A stretch of 64,000 bases of DNA, from the NCBI GenBank assembly GCA_964016885.1, contig OZ024748.1:15252001-15316000 (forward strand), read 5' to 3'. Source of the stretch: Eledone cirrhosa. Taxonomy: Eukaryota. Below, piece after piece: positions 12,935 through 26,362 of this stretch. A model generated the notes under the pieces. The model was not told the DNA's origin, did not search any database, and saw only the letters and a list, made by a program, of their open reading frames with translations. Positions within the stretch are counted from its first letter, which is position 1; every line of letters starts with the position of its first letter. The translations under genes were made by a program, and so were the position numbers.

Positions 12935-13135
12935 TAGAGAATTGCTGGATAGATTTTACAGTCAAAAAAAACCAGCAGGAGACCCAAGGGAAGACCCTGA
13001 GCAAGATGGTTGTATGACATCCATGAGCTTGGCTGGTCTCACTTGGGGATCCAGCTGGAGACGGTTGCTTCTGTCAGGACCTGCTGAAAGGAGGGTTTGA
13101 GGATTCTGCCTCTATGACCCTCTCAGCGAGGAGGA
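12935..13135 (+). mobile_element. Degenerate RTE-clade LINE fragment (second family)
   Basis: Decayed RPRGRP.xRW…LGWSHLGI motif, homologous to the minus-strand copy at 40060-40495. Confidence 0.6.
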
Positions 13136-14171
13136 GGAGAAAGAATAAGGAGGAGGAGGAGAAGGAGGAAAGGAAGAAAAAGAAGTATATCATTCTTAAG
13201 TTACCAACTTTACTTCCCAATCAATTTATACAGATATATGCCACACTTTACTGGAAAATAGATTCAATACCATAATCATACTTTATTTTTTCATTCCTAA
13301 ACTGGGTAAGTATAGTATAATAGGAATTCCACAGCTCAATCAATTACATACTCTACAGGATTCCCCCATTAACAACTGTTACGTGGGCTCCTATATTTTT
13401 TAACATTACCATCAAAGAAATTAACACCACTAAAATATTCCATGTTTGAGCATTTCAATTTTCAGTTGGAAAATAGTGTTTCACAGTAGGCTTTATATTT
13501 GATATCAAAGAATGTTGCTTTCTTTAAAATCAGTTGTACCACAAGTTAATCATTAAAATTTCCTTTTCACAATTCTTAAAATACTATTTTCTGAATCTTA
13601 TTTTAGAATCCATTAAAAGTTATCATGAATCCCTAGATTGATAATGCCTCCTTCCAATATGAAATTTTCAAATTATGATATAGATATATATATAATAAAA
13701 ATGATAATCTGTGCAACTTCTATCAACAGAAAACTAAGTTAATTATTTCTTAGAAATATTTATGTAAATTCTTTAGAAACATTAATAAACACTAACAAGA
13801 TTAAATCAGGATAAGTTTGAAATTATAAAAATATATTTAGAATAAATAGAAACTATACTCTTGTGTCTTTTATATATCAACTCTCCTAACTTACATCATC
13901 ACAACTCTTCTAATGCCATATATTCTTTGCATTACTTATCTATGCTAATAGGTGTTTGGTTAAGAGGTTTGCTTCAAAATCACATGGTCTTTCGTTCTAT
14001 CCAAATGTGTTGGATTTTAGACAAGTCACTTCTACTATAGTCACAGGATGAACCATAGCATTAAAGAGACACATATCCACAACTTTTGCTATCAATTGCC
14101 ATCCCTTAGATTGCTATTTAGAACTGTCAAAATCATCATAAATTATATATTTCTATTTACACATATATTAC

Positions 14172-14203
<32 letters not shown>

Positions 14204-14772
14204 GCTTCTGAGGAAAACGGTGACATGGATCTAGGATATCAAAACTAGTAATTGGTGGTGGCATAACCCTTATCATTCATTATATCGATTTACCATGGTC
14301 AATCAATCCTCTGAAACGACCGTAAAAGAATGGATTAATTAAAAACCTATCTTCATCTTTTGTTATCTTTATTTTCATTGATCAAAACACACATATATAT
14401 ACACACACACACACTCATACATACTTATACATGTATATATACACACTCATATATACATATATATATATATATATATACACACACAAGCATACTTATATAT
14501 ACTCACACATACATATTATTGTTTATCAATTGAATGTATTTCAATAATTCCATTATACAGTTTCTGTCAGTAACTAAATCTTTCTTCTGTCCTATCTTAG
14601 CTTCTTCCCATGTCAGTCTTAATACAATTGATTTCATTATTTCTTTTGTTGAGTCAACACATTTGAAATTGATGGTAAGTCAACACATTCTTACCAACAC
14701 ATGTTACACATTTATGATATTGCCATACACCCATTCAACAGTCATTACTCTTTCTTAAATTGGCCTTTATAT

Positions 14773-14832
<60 letters not shown>

Positions 14833-15150
14833 TATATATATAATTCAAATTTTACAAACACATTCATTTACATTCATGCTATCTTGACAGCAAAGTTTTG
14901 CAATGATTCTATACCAATTCAACAGTAAAACTAATTGTTTAACAACAACAACAATAATGATAATAGCATATATAAATGTGTGTGTGCACGTGAATGCATG
15001 CATGATGTTGACTGGTGCAAGAATGAATACTGAATAGTGGAGTAGAGTTTAATATTATTCTTTATTATGGCTAGGTAATGAATTTTCTAATGATTATTCT
15101 ACTCTTTAATGTTTACAGACTATTACTCTTTAGTAATCCTAGGTTACAAG

Positions 15151-15189
<39 letters not shown>

Positions 15190-15382
15190 GTGTGTGTAAA
15201 TGTATTTGGCATTAGGAAGGGCATCCAACTGTAGAAACCAAGCCAAAATCAGTTCTGCATGAGCAAGGCATGGTTACCTAACCTGGCCTATCTCACAACA
15301 GGACAACTCATCTAACCCATGCTAGCATGGAAAAATTGATGTTAAACGGTGATGATGAAGATGCATATATATATATAATGAA

Positions 15383-15575
15383 GGCAGATGGCTTAGTCGT
15401 TAGATCATTGGGCTTGCAAATCATGAGACTGAGTACAGTTCCTGGAACAGGTGATGTTTTGTGTCCTTGAGCAAGACACTTTATTTCATGTTGTTCCAGT
15501 TTACTCAGCTCTGAAAATGCTAGAGCCAGCCCTGTCTACACAGCTACCTGCAGATATAATCAACCTCACCAACCT
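15383..15575 (+). mobile_element. tRNA-derived SINE, family C
   Basis: A-box-like TGGCTTAGTCGTTAG and central TCCTTGAGCAAGACACTTTATTTCA. Relatives near 33455-33578 (-), 39853-39960 (+) and 59950-60040 (-). Confidence 0.55.
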
Positions 15576-16744
15576 AAGAGGGCTGCCTACATAGGACGTG
15601 ATCACTGTCCCTCTTTTTCCCCATCTATAGACACAACATATTAAAGTAATCATTAGGTACAAATATACTAATATGGAATAGTATATAAGAAACAATATAT
15701 ATAGGTGAGAAAAACAACAACAAACAAACAAACAAATAGATTTGAAAGTAGAGAACGGTTGGTGATAATGTAACATGATAGAGAAGTTAATAGAGGATTT
15801 GTTTTTTAATGTGCAGAAAGTTTAACTGAAAATAGAGCAACTAGAAGAGAGAGTGATAATGTGTGACATAGGAAGAGAAATAGAGTGTGTGTCTATGAAA
15901 TAGGAAGAGAAGAAATTGTCTGAAAGTAAAGTGAGTGATGAGGTAGATGTGAAATGGAAAAAAAAGGAAGGATGGAAAGAAGAAAGGAAGCAAGGAAGGT
16001 TGGTGTCAAAATAAAGAAGAGATGACAAAATGAAGTAATTAAAATGAAAGTAGAGGAGGAGTTATATGAAACTGATAGATTAGAGTAGAAGAGCAGGGGA
16101 AGAGAAGAGGACAGGAGAAGAAGAGGAAAGAGGGAGGGTGCTGTGATAGGAATTATAGCAAAGTAATGAAAGAGCGAGAGAGAGAACAAAAAAAAAAGGA
16201 AATGTGATATAAAGGAAATGTATTAAAAAAAATGGTGAGAGGAAAGAAAATGTGTGAGAGAGAGAAATATTAACTGGAGATAATGAAAATAAGAATCCAA
16301 AAAAAGGCAATGAAAAAGATGAAAAAAGTTAAAATCAAATGAAGTAAAATAAAATATAGAAATGAAGAAAAACGAGAAGGAAACACATTTCGGTTCAGTT
16401 TTTTTTTTTTTTTTTTTTTTAAATCTATAACAAAGTTCTTTTTAAAAGTGAATATTGATTTCAAGTTGAATATGCTGTAAAGCTAGATGTGGATTTTATT
16501 CCTGTGTTTTTCAGGAGTTTTTTTTGTTTTTCCTTTCCTTTTCTTTTTCTTTTTGTTGTTGTAATGAGTGAAATATATTTATAAAATAGCATTGATCTGT
16601 TTCTACAGAAGAAGCAGTAATATAATCTAGTGTTGAAGTTAAGTTTTGATTTCTGAGAGTGTGAATACCATAAATTATAGTGCTCTGCAAATATCAAAAT
16701 TGTTTTCAAAACATTTTATAGTCTGGTATAGTATAAGTGTCCTA

Positions 16745-17160
16745 GACCACATCCAGAGAAAACATCACTTGGTTAATTGACATAAAGTCATTCACAGACA
16801 CTTCCCATCAGTCTCCTCTCCCACAAACAAGCCATCTTCTCTCTTACAGACATGCAGTCTCCTCTCCCACAGACATGCTGTTACCTCTCTCTGTTTCTTC
16901 TATTGCTTCTATAAGGTTCTCCGGCCTCATGCCACTTCCATTCAGGCTCTCTTGTCTCTCCTCTTCTTTTCACCCATGCAAGTGTCCAACTGCAACCCAG
17001 GCATTTTCAATAATCACTCTAGCCGGCCCTTCCTGCACACAATGTTAGCCTTCTGGAAATCTCTCCCAATTTACTCAACTCTCCTCACCCATGTCAATGT
17101 TGTATCAAACCCCACCTTTAGGCCTTCAACCAACTATTACATCTAGCCCTTACAGGTCTT
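16745..17160 (+). mobile_element. Degenerate CR1/Jockey-like LINE 3' fragment
   Basis: Translates piecewise to HRHAVTSLCFFYCFYK and LAFWKSLP, resembling the HRRxVxxLxxFY…LWNxLP motifs at the ORF2 C-terminus of these clades. Confidence 0.5.
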
Positions 17161-18730
17161 CTAGAACTTCCTCCCTGCTAATGTCTTTGAAAATGGTATG
17201 GGCTTGCAAGTGTTTGAGCAGAAAATTAAAGGCATTAATCTTTCAAGTCTTCTCATTCCTATAGAGTTAAAAAGTAAAAAAAAAATATTGTCTGTATGTG
17301 AATGAGAAAGAGAAAAATAGATGGAGAGAGTGTGAAAAACAGAGACATCAATCTCTTCAGTCACAGATTGTCTTTGAAAGCTATGAGCTATGCTTCTCCC
17401 TCCATACTACTGAATAAAAAATAATAAAAAACAATAAAGGAAAAACATCTTGTGTGTGGGTGAGAGAAAGAGAGAAAGATGGAGAGAAACAGAAAGAGAG
17501 ACAAGGAAACAGATAGAGAAACAAATGTTCTAAAGAAGCAATCTGAAGGAAACCAAACTTCTAGAAAGCTACTATAAATATAAATTTATGGGTGTTGGTA
17601 TTTTTGCCAAAGGTATTACCTTAATTTTAAGTAAATCTTGTGCACATTCAGAGAACAATCATCTGCTGTTTACTCCTGTCAAAAGATTTCACACTGGTCT
17701 TCGCAGAGATGATAGGATTTGTGTTTGTAAAACTTTTCTTCGATCAATAGAAACTTTTCAGGAGAAATTGGTAGACTGCCAAATAGCAGCTCACAGAAAA
17801 AAAATCTTTTGCTTTTTCCATAAATGTATGAGATTGGATCAGGTGGGGGAGAGAAGGGAGCAGAGATGGAAGCGAAGGTAGACTACTGAGTGAGAAGGAA
17901 GTAAGAAAATTTGAAATTTCCTGTGCACAACAAAATATATTGAATGCTGTTAAGCAGATTAATGCTAACACCTTTGATAATTTTACTTTTTAGACTTGTC
18001 TATTTTTTTTTAAGTTGTTCTCTGTTTATTTTTAATTCTTTTTTTTTATTTTATATTTTACTAAAAATAATTCTGTAATATAATTATTACAAATGTTTGA
18101 TGATAGGATGAGAGTAACAGAAGACAAATAACAGTATGATATCCAGTAAAGTGCAAAATAAAAATAATAATAATGATAGTAGTAGTAGTAGTAAAAATAT
18201 TTTTATAAATAAAATATAAATCAAAAAGAAATGTCAAGAAATAAAAAATATAATATAATAACTATGTTGGTGATCATCTCTTTGGATAAAAACAAACAAA
18301 ACAACACACAAACAAACAAATAAATAACATTGTTGGCATGTGTGCAGAAAAACAATCAGTAAACTAAATTGACATAAATACAGGATGGTCTGAAATGTAT
18401 TCTATCATTTCTTTGGAGTCGCACATCAGCAGTGTAATTACAATAGTTGGCAACGACAAAAATTTCCAAGCAACTTAATTAGGAGCAAATGTAATAATTC
18501 TTTCGAATAATATTTAAATAAATAACATTAGAAATCTGCATTGTTTCCACTTCTATTAGATATGTCAAATTAAATTTGAAAATTTCATTTATTTAAATGT
18601 GTCAATAAAAATTAAAATCAGATGCCTGTTATTTAATCGAAATATATTTCTTTCTTTCATTTTTCTTTCTTTTAGAGTATTGGTTTGTTACTTTAAACCA
18701 ATTGGTTTTAAGCATTATTATTTCTCTTTT

Positions 18731-18900
18731 GAGGCAGCAAATTGGTAGAGTTGTTAGCATGGTGGATAGAATGCCCTGCAGTATTCATTTTGGCCCTCTG
18801 CTCTCTGAGTTCAAATACCGCCAAGGTCAACTTTGCATTTCATCCATTCAAGGCAGATGAAAAAGAAAGTAGCAGGCATATATTGGGATCAATTCTTCCT
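18731..18900 (+). mobile_element. SINE family A, diverged
   Basis: B box GAGTTCAAATAC and core CTTTGCATTTCATCCATTC. Confidence 0.7.
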
Positions 18901-20163
18901 CTATGTCATTTTCTCACTTCTATTCTCTCACTCTCTATTCTCTGAAAAATGCTGCTGTATTCAGACTTGGAGGCGATTGGGCTCTGCTAGGTTTAAAAAA
19001 AGCCCTCAAAAAAACCATATGTCAATACGACACCCTTACAACACCCTCAAGTGGTATGGTATTGTACACACATTTCTCTTTCAGAAGCACTACTATTTCA
19101 GTATTATAGATGTTCCTTTTTGGAAACATGTTACAATAATTTCTGTCTACAAACAACAGACTTGTAGCAAGAGCACCAGTGTTTTAAGGCCATTTTTTTC
19201 TTTGCTGTTAGCCTCAGAAGCTTCATGAAAGGCTTCATACTCATTCCTTTTGAGACATTATATAGCTATAGGCTCTTCCTGGCACAAACCCCATTAGTCA
19301 CCTCTTATGAAAAACTAGGTATGCGGTACCTATTCTAAACTGGATATACACAGCAATGGTGAATTCCAGCATTGTGAATACCTGAAAAAGAGTCTTATTT
19401 TTCTCCTTGTAATCTTTACTGAACAATGCTCGCTGAAGATCCATATGCCAGTTCCAGGTTGATGCAACTGACTTCTGGAATATGTACACTTATTTATGTA
19501 ACTGTTACTAGCAGTCCAGCTTTTAGTGAAATTAGTGCTGGTTTAGGTATATATTGATATGTTTTAATGTTTTTTATTGACTAACTCAATTATTGATTGT
19601 TTGATGCTAGCTGTATTAATTTTTGTTGATGACCGTAATTAATTTGTGGGATATATCAATAATTTTGATGTCTTTATTAGATGATTTGATGGTTGTTCGG
19701 TCTATGATCATGCTAATCTTTGTTGATAACCCTAAGTGTTTGGTTCAATACTGCTACTACACCACTGATTCTGTAGAGAATTACTGTTACTGAGTCAGAC
19801 TGTCCGTAACATAGATTCAAGAACACCCTTGAGATATTATGATCTCTTGAATTTATATATATATATATATATCTGTATGTTATTGACAGGCATGTGAAAA
19901 AGTACTCAATACCAAAGTAGAGCTTAAATATTCATTTAATATGGCTAATTAGAAAGCCTTATTCCGCTGGTGTTTCACTTGCACACTTGCAGGATCATAA
20001 GACAAGACTACTTAGATAATCATGCGAGTATGCAGGTGAAACTCCAGAGTAACAGGGCTCACTACTGTAAACATATATATTAGTCCTCTTTTTTGTCACA
20101 GGGGTGTGGTGTACCTATTCTAAACTAGATACACACATACACACACATATATATATTTGTATA

Positions 20164-20202
<39 letters not shown>

Positions 20203-20925
20203 TGTTCAAAATTGAAAAAAGATAAACACAGAGATACAGTTGCACATTCTAACTAGTTTCTCTGCTTGTTGGAAAAGGAAAAAGCAGTCCCCTTTCATGA
20301 CACACATGGATGCTTTATACCTATTCTAAACCAGATATATGCAGCCGTTACAAAGCAAATAAACAGAAACATGAAATTACTTTCAATGTAAGAGAAATAA
20401 AGAAATTGGATAATTTATAATTCTTTTTCCATGCTGTAATTTCAAGGGAGTATTGGATTTACAAAGGGTTTCAGAAAATATTAGACTAATAAATAAAATA
20501 CAATTTTTGGCTAATTTGCATTCTTTTCCTTTCAACTTTGCTTCTCAAAGCAATTCTTATAAAATAAATTACCAAAAGCTAAAGAAATATACAATCTTCA
20601 TATATTTTTGAAAAACAACAAAAAATACCATTTTTAAATGTACAGAATACAAATTATTTTTAATAAATATTAGAATATTAAAGTATTCATTTTTTTCTCT
20701 CAAATGAAAACGCTTTGCTATTTTCTAATAGAAAACAGGATTTAATAAATATTCTTTGTATATTCTTAATTAATTCAAACTATATACAATTTTTCTTGTT
20801 TTTATGTTTCAAAATTCTAATAAATCGATGAATGTAAATTAAACAAGGATTAGGGCAACATAAAAATACCCTACTTTTTCAAGATTTTGCAGTAGAAATT
20901 AAAAATTCAAGAAACTTGAATTAAT

Positions 20926-21427
20926 TTAACTCTGGGATGGAAAATTAACATACTGAAAATATCTACAAACAGGTTCATCAATTCAAATCCTTATAGTATC
21001 ACTAAGACTATTGGAGAGATGCTTGTGAAAATCTGCAGTATTTGAGTAAAGACTCCAGTGTTTAATGTTATGAAGTCATAGTGCTCTCTTGTACATTTTA
21101 AGAATATCATACTAATATCAGTTCATGTGATTTGTTAATTCAAATGTTTATAGTATTTTTACAAGTGGATAGATTGTTGTGGAAATTTGTAATAAAGTTA
21201 CAACTTCAGATTTTAATACAATGTAGTAATAGTGTTTTTCTATATTTTTAAGAAAGTTTTGCTAGTGTGGTTTCAAATGTTTATAGTATTTTTACTAGTA
21301 GACAGATTGTTGTGGAAATCTGCAGAATTGAAATTATGATTTCAATGTTTGATATGATATAGTCATAGCGCTGTTTTATATTTTTCAAGAAGGTCCAGTT
21401 AATGTGGTACAGGACATTAAGATTTAA
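20926..21427. mobile_element. TTAA-flanked element with three internal tandem units of about 130-155 bp
   Basis: Starts TTAACTCT and ends TTAAGATTTAA. Units begin TTCAAATGTTTATAGTAT. Relatives near 43758-43940, 51800-51973 and 57153-57336. Confidence 0.55.
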
Positions 21428-21604
21428 CAGGATTATTTACTCTGATTTCTACAACTTTTGAAATTAAGATTGAAACAATACAACTTAATTTCATTACATA
21501 CATATGATAATTTGTAATGTTAAAAATAGGGTTATAAAAGTGATTATTTAGATGTCAAATATGAAAAAAAATATTTATAAAATAGGAAAAAGAAAAGATA
21601 TTAC

Positions 21605-21686
21605 TTGCAATTTTATTCAAAACTGAATTTTTTCTGTGAACTGTATAATTTCACTTACCTGTAAGAAAGAAAAAGACATTAGTCAG
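21605..21686 (-). promoter_or_regulatory. Candidate recursive splice site (3' splice site fused to a 5' splice site) with a 54-nt RS-exon or non-coding exon
   Basis: Minus strand CTGACTAATGTCTTTTTCTTTCTTACAG|GTAAGT (AG at 21660-21659, GTAAGT at 21658-21653). A second donor CAA|GTAATA follows 54 nt later (GT at 21604-21603). Confidence 0.55.
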
Positions 21687-21862
21687 TGGACAAGTACAAA
21701 AATAATGATAATATTAAATATACATTATACAAGAGAATTTGTTCTCATTAAATATTAATCTCAGATTAATGGAGACTGTTTCAAAGGAATTGTATTGTTG
21801 CCAACTGAGAAATAGTTAATTGTTGACATTTCCCAATGTTTCATAAGTCAAACAATCTTGTT

Positions 21863-23690
21863 TCATCATCATCATCATTTAACGTCCATATTCCACGCTT
21901 GCATGGGTTTGGATGGGAGTTTTCCCACTTGAGGCAAGAGTGGTTGTCTTGCTCGCATAGGACTGTCTGGCGGGTTTTCTACGGCTGGATGCCCTTCCTA
22001 ACACCTCCCAGTTCCACACTGTAAACATGGTTGGTTTTTACCGTGTTGCCTACACGGCCACATTACAGCGTGGACTGTGTGTTTTTGTTGTCGTGACACC
22101 TACACGACCTCATTTGTTTCGGCCTGGATGTTGTGGTACCAACATAACTTTACATTGAAAGGGGTGGTGTGGATGGGGTGGGGGTAGTGGGACGGGTGTA
22201 TTTTGTTAGGGGTGCCTACTGACTGTAGTAGGTTTTACTTTGTATTTAGGTAAGGCGGGTCTTCTCTATTACTGTGTAGTGCCAAAGATCTCGGTCCAGT
22301 GACATTGTCTTGGAGAGGTGTAAGTGTGTGAGGTCAGAATTTATCAAGTCGTCCCAGGTTTTTCCGGGTCTGCCTACTCCGTGGCTACCATCTATTTTTA
22401 TTGCCCTGCACTTTTTTATACAGCTGTCGTCTTTCATGTGCATCACGTGACCATACCAACGTAGCCTTCTCTCGAGTAAAACAACATCTGATCCCTCTTA
22501 TTTCTAATTTTTCGCTTAGTTCGTTTATGCTTTGCCGTTCACGTATATTACTATTACACATCCAGCGGAGCATGCCAGCTTCGTTTCTCTCCAGTCTGCA
22601 TATATCCTCTGCACACAATGCCCAGGTCTCACTGCCATGCAACATTGCTGTTCGTATGCAGGCATCATACGGCCTGCCTTTCATTTTTAGGGAGAACACT
22701 TTAGCGGCTAATAGTGGTATAAGCTCTCTGAACTTTTTCCAACCAGTTCTGACTCTAGCTACTGTACTTTCAGAGCACCCTCCCCGACTGCTGATTTTGT
22801 CACCCAGGTAACGGAAGCTGTCCACTATTTCTATAGAACCATCTGTGCAATTGAAAGAGCTAGTATTCGGTGGGCACTTGCTGCTACTTATTGCACCAGA
22901 GCACCGGCCACATATGAAATCTATGTTCTTAGTTAGCTTACCTGTGATCCCACTACATCTTTTATGCACCCATACTTTGCATTTGGGACATAAAATGGAG
23001 TTTCTACCTACTCCTAACCTACACACTGAGCATGGCCATTTCCCGGATGGGACCGGCACACTGTTTTCCTTCCTACAAACTAGAACTTTAGTCTTAGACA
23101 GGTTAATTTTAAGGCCTTTTGATTCTAGGCCATGCTTCCATGTTTGGAATTTCTTCTCTAGTTCGGCCATTGATTCAGCTATGAGCATTAGATCATCTGC
23201 GTATAGGAGTTCCCATGGGCAGCCGGTCTTGAACTCCACTGTTATAGCCTGAAGGGCAATAATAAATAGTAGGAGGCTAAGAACGGAGCCCTGATGAACA
23301 CCAACTTTTACGCTAAACTCTTCACTATATTCGTTGTTAATTCTAACCTTGCTGACTGTTTCTTTATACATGGCTTGTATAGCTCTCACAAGCCATTCAT
23401 CAACACCTAGTTTTCTAAGAGCCCACCAGATAATGGAACGAGGGACTCTGTCGAAGGCTTTCTCCAAGTCGACAAAAGCTAAGTATAGGGGTTTACTTTT
23501 AGCTAGGTACTTCTCCTGTAGTTGTCGTACAATGAAAAGAGCGTCTGTGGTACTTTTGCCTGACACAAACCCGAACTGCATTTCATCTAGATCAATTCTC
23601 TCTCTGATTAGTTGCGCTATTACTTTTTCTGTGACCTTCATGACCGGGTCGATTAATTTAATGCCTATATAGTTACTCCTATCTAGGATA
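21863..23690 (-). mobile_element. RTE-clade (BovB-like) LINE, 5'-truncated, young
   Basis: RT coding region, 3' UTR, and a (GAT)n tail seen as CATCATCATCAT at about 21864-21878. The endonuclease domain is absent because of truncation near 23690. Confidence 0.95.
22246..23641 (-). pseudogene. Reverse transcriptase ORF of the RTE LINE with an internal PHD-like finger and one frameshift
   Basis: Motifs QFGF, AFVDLEKAFDRV, GVHQGSVLS, LLYADD, FRYLG and GRPGKTW. One extra T near 22480 shifts the frame between the 418-aa and 66-aa ORFs. Confidence 0.93.
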
Positions 23691-23715
23691 TTCTCTTATT
23701 CTTCTAGACACATGG

Positions 23716-23900
23716 GTGGTGGATTGGGCAGAGTCGTTAGAGGATCAGACAAATAAATGCTTAGGAGTATTTGTTCTGGCTCTTTATGTTTGGAGTTCAA
23801 ATTACGCCGAGGTCAAATTTGTCTTCCAGCTTTCTATGGTGTGTAAAATAATGTACCAGTAAAGTACTGGAGTTTATATAATTAACTTTCCTCTTCATCG
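23716..23900 (+). mobile_element. SINE family A, diverged
   Basis: GGTGGATTGGGCAGAGTCGTTAG…GAGTTCAAAT…GTACCAG. Another diverged copy lies at about 24098-24280. Confidence 0.65.
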
Positions 23901-25490
23901 AGTTGCTGACCCATGCTTACATGGGTTCAACAAATCCTTTTCAGTACAGCATCTCTCCACATGCTGGGATCCGTTATCAAATCTACTGTGAGTTTCAGCT
24001 ATTTGAGATTAGCTCTCACCACCTCTTCCCAGGTTTTCATTGGCAATTAAAATACATGTGCATCACATGCTCATACCAAATATTATTCTACATACAAGGG
24101 TGGTAGATTTGGCAGAATCGTTAGTGTCTTGAATGACATTTATTACAATATTTCCTTATATTCTAATTGAAAATCACATGAAAGTCATCTTTGCTCTTAA
24201 CCCTAATCTGATCAACAAAATAAAGAACTATTGTCAAGTACACCAATATATTTACACTTTGTGTCTATGTTAGAAAACATTATTCTACATAGAACTTGCA
24301 CTGAAGATTCTCGTCGTCAGCTGTCAACTGGAGATCTCACTAATTTCTGCCCTGCCTGACAGTATCACTCCCTCCAGCAGCATTGATGCTACTAGGGAAT
24401 CTCCAAATTTTATAGTCAACTCTGTAGCATATGTTTTTCTGTTATCTATCTCACTAGGACAAGTACCTGGATGCTGTTATACCCACTCCAATCATTCAGA
24501 AGTTGTTATGTTTACTCCTGGCTAAAGGTTTGCTCACTACACACAGCATTAGTCTTTAACCACAATCTTTCATAACCATATTTGTAATAAAAGGCCACTA
24601 TTTATGGCTTTTAAATAATTTTTTAAATAATCAAGAATTTGGAGGGTTTTAGTAATATAATTAACTTTCTCATCATTAATCTGGTACTTAGAGTATAATT
24701 TGGCAATGGTTTCTACATAAAATTGTAATGGGAGTGTTTTAGGTAACTATTAACACTTTAAAACAAACAGTTTTGTATTGTTGATATTGTAAAACCAAGG
24801 GTGGTTACAGGCAACTTGGTATCAAAATGGATAAAGACCAGCAATCACACATGTATAAATGTCTACATATGTCTTCATGTTGATAGATACTTAAACGGAA
24901 TTTAGTATATATGCCCAGGTGATGATATGTTTCCGGTCTTCCAAAGCATATTTGTGTGAGTGTATGAATGTTTTAAAGAAAGTAAACCATTATAACACAA
25001 CAGTGCCCATACTGGGAAGTCAGTTGTCTATATAAATATCTTAGATAAACATTACTGAATGATATTATTTTGGTACAACATTGCTTGCATTTCAAAATAT
25101 TACTATCTGGCAGGGCATCACAGATAAACTTCGACTAAAAGCTAAGATAAAAACCTGTTTCCTCAAATTTTTACATCTTATATAACTTACTAACTGACAT
25201 ACTCAAGCACCCCCCATCGTTAAAATACATACAGTTAATGCTCCCAAAGAAAACAGTAGTAAAACCTTAATTATCTCTCATGACTTACTCATGACCAGAG
25301 AAAACAATGTGTGTGTGTGTGTGTGTGTAGTTTTATATATATGTGTGTGTGTATATATATATCCTTCAAGAAATATATATATCCTTCAGGATATATACAT
25401 ACACTCATGCTAGTGTGGAAAAATGGACGTTGAACTATGATGATGATTATATACACACACACACACACATATATATATATGTATATATAG

Positions 25491-25537
<47 letters not shown>

Positions 25538-26176
25538 TAAACGTGGTGGATGTACCAACGTCATGAATATAAAGATATCAAGTGTAATTAATGTGCTGCA
25601 TCACGTCACATTAATTTTACAAGATATATTTGTTGTGTTCAACATTAACACATAAGAATATACACACCTATAATAGAATAAAATACACCAATATACACAC
25701 ATACATGCACACACACACACACACACTCATCTACAACAATACCCATGCCAGGGATATATATATATATATATATATAGTCACACACACACACACATCTACA
25801 ATACCACCCAAACCAGGGATGCTACTATATATATATATATACACACACACATATTCAAACAAACACACATCTACATTATGACCCAATCCAGGAGTATATG
25901 TGTGTGTGTGTGTGTGTGTGTATATACAAACAGACAAATGGCATAATACATGCATGTACTCACACATACATATGGTTATCAGATTGCATGATTGCAAGTG
26001 CAAGTGTGTGTGTTTACATATGTAGATTTTCTGTATCTATATGTGTATGTGTACTTGTTTTTTGTGTGTGAAGGTGGGCGTAAGCAGATTTGATCAGTAC
26101 TGCAGTAATAGAATATTCATAAATATTGTGAGAGAAAATATGGATTACTAAATGATGCCCTTAAATTAGAAATATA

Positions 26177-26192
26177 TTATATATATATATAT

Positions 26193-26289
<97 letters not shown>

Positions 26290-26331
26290 TATATATATAC
26301 ATACATACATATATATATATACATACATATA

Positions 26332-26362
<31 letters not shown>

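Noticed and set aside
19375-19400. Minus-strand TCTTTTTCAG|GTATTC as a recursive site
   Set aside because: Short pyrimidine tract and weak donor, expected by chance in AT-rich DNA.
22401-23672. Plus-strand ORFs of 112-136 aa
   Set aside because: Antisense shadows of the RTE reverse transcriptase ORF.
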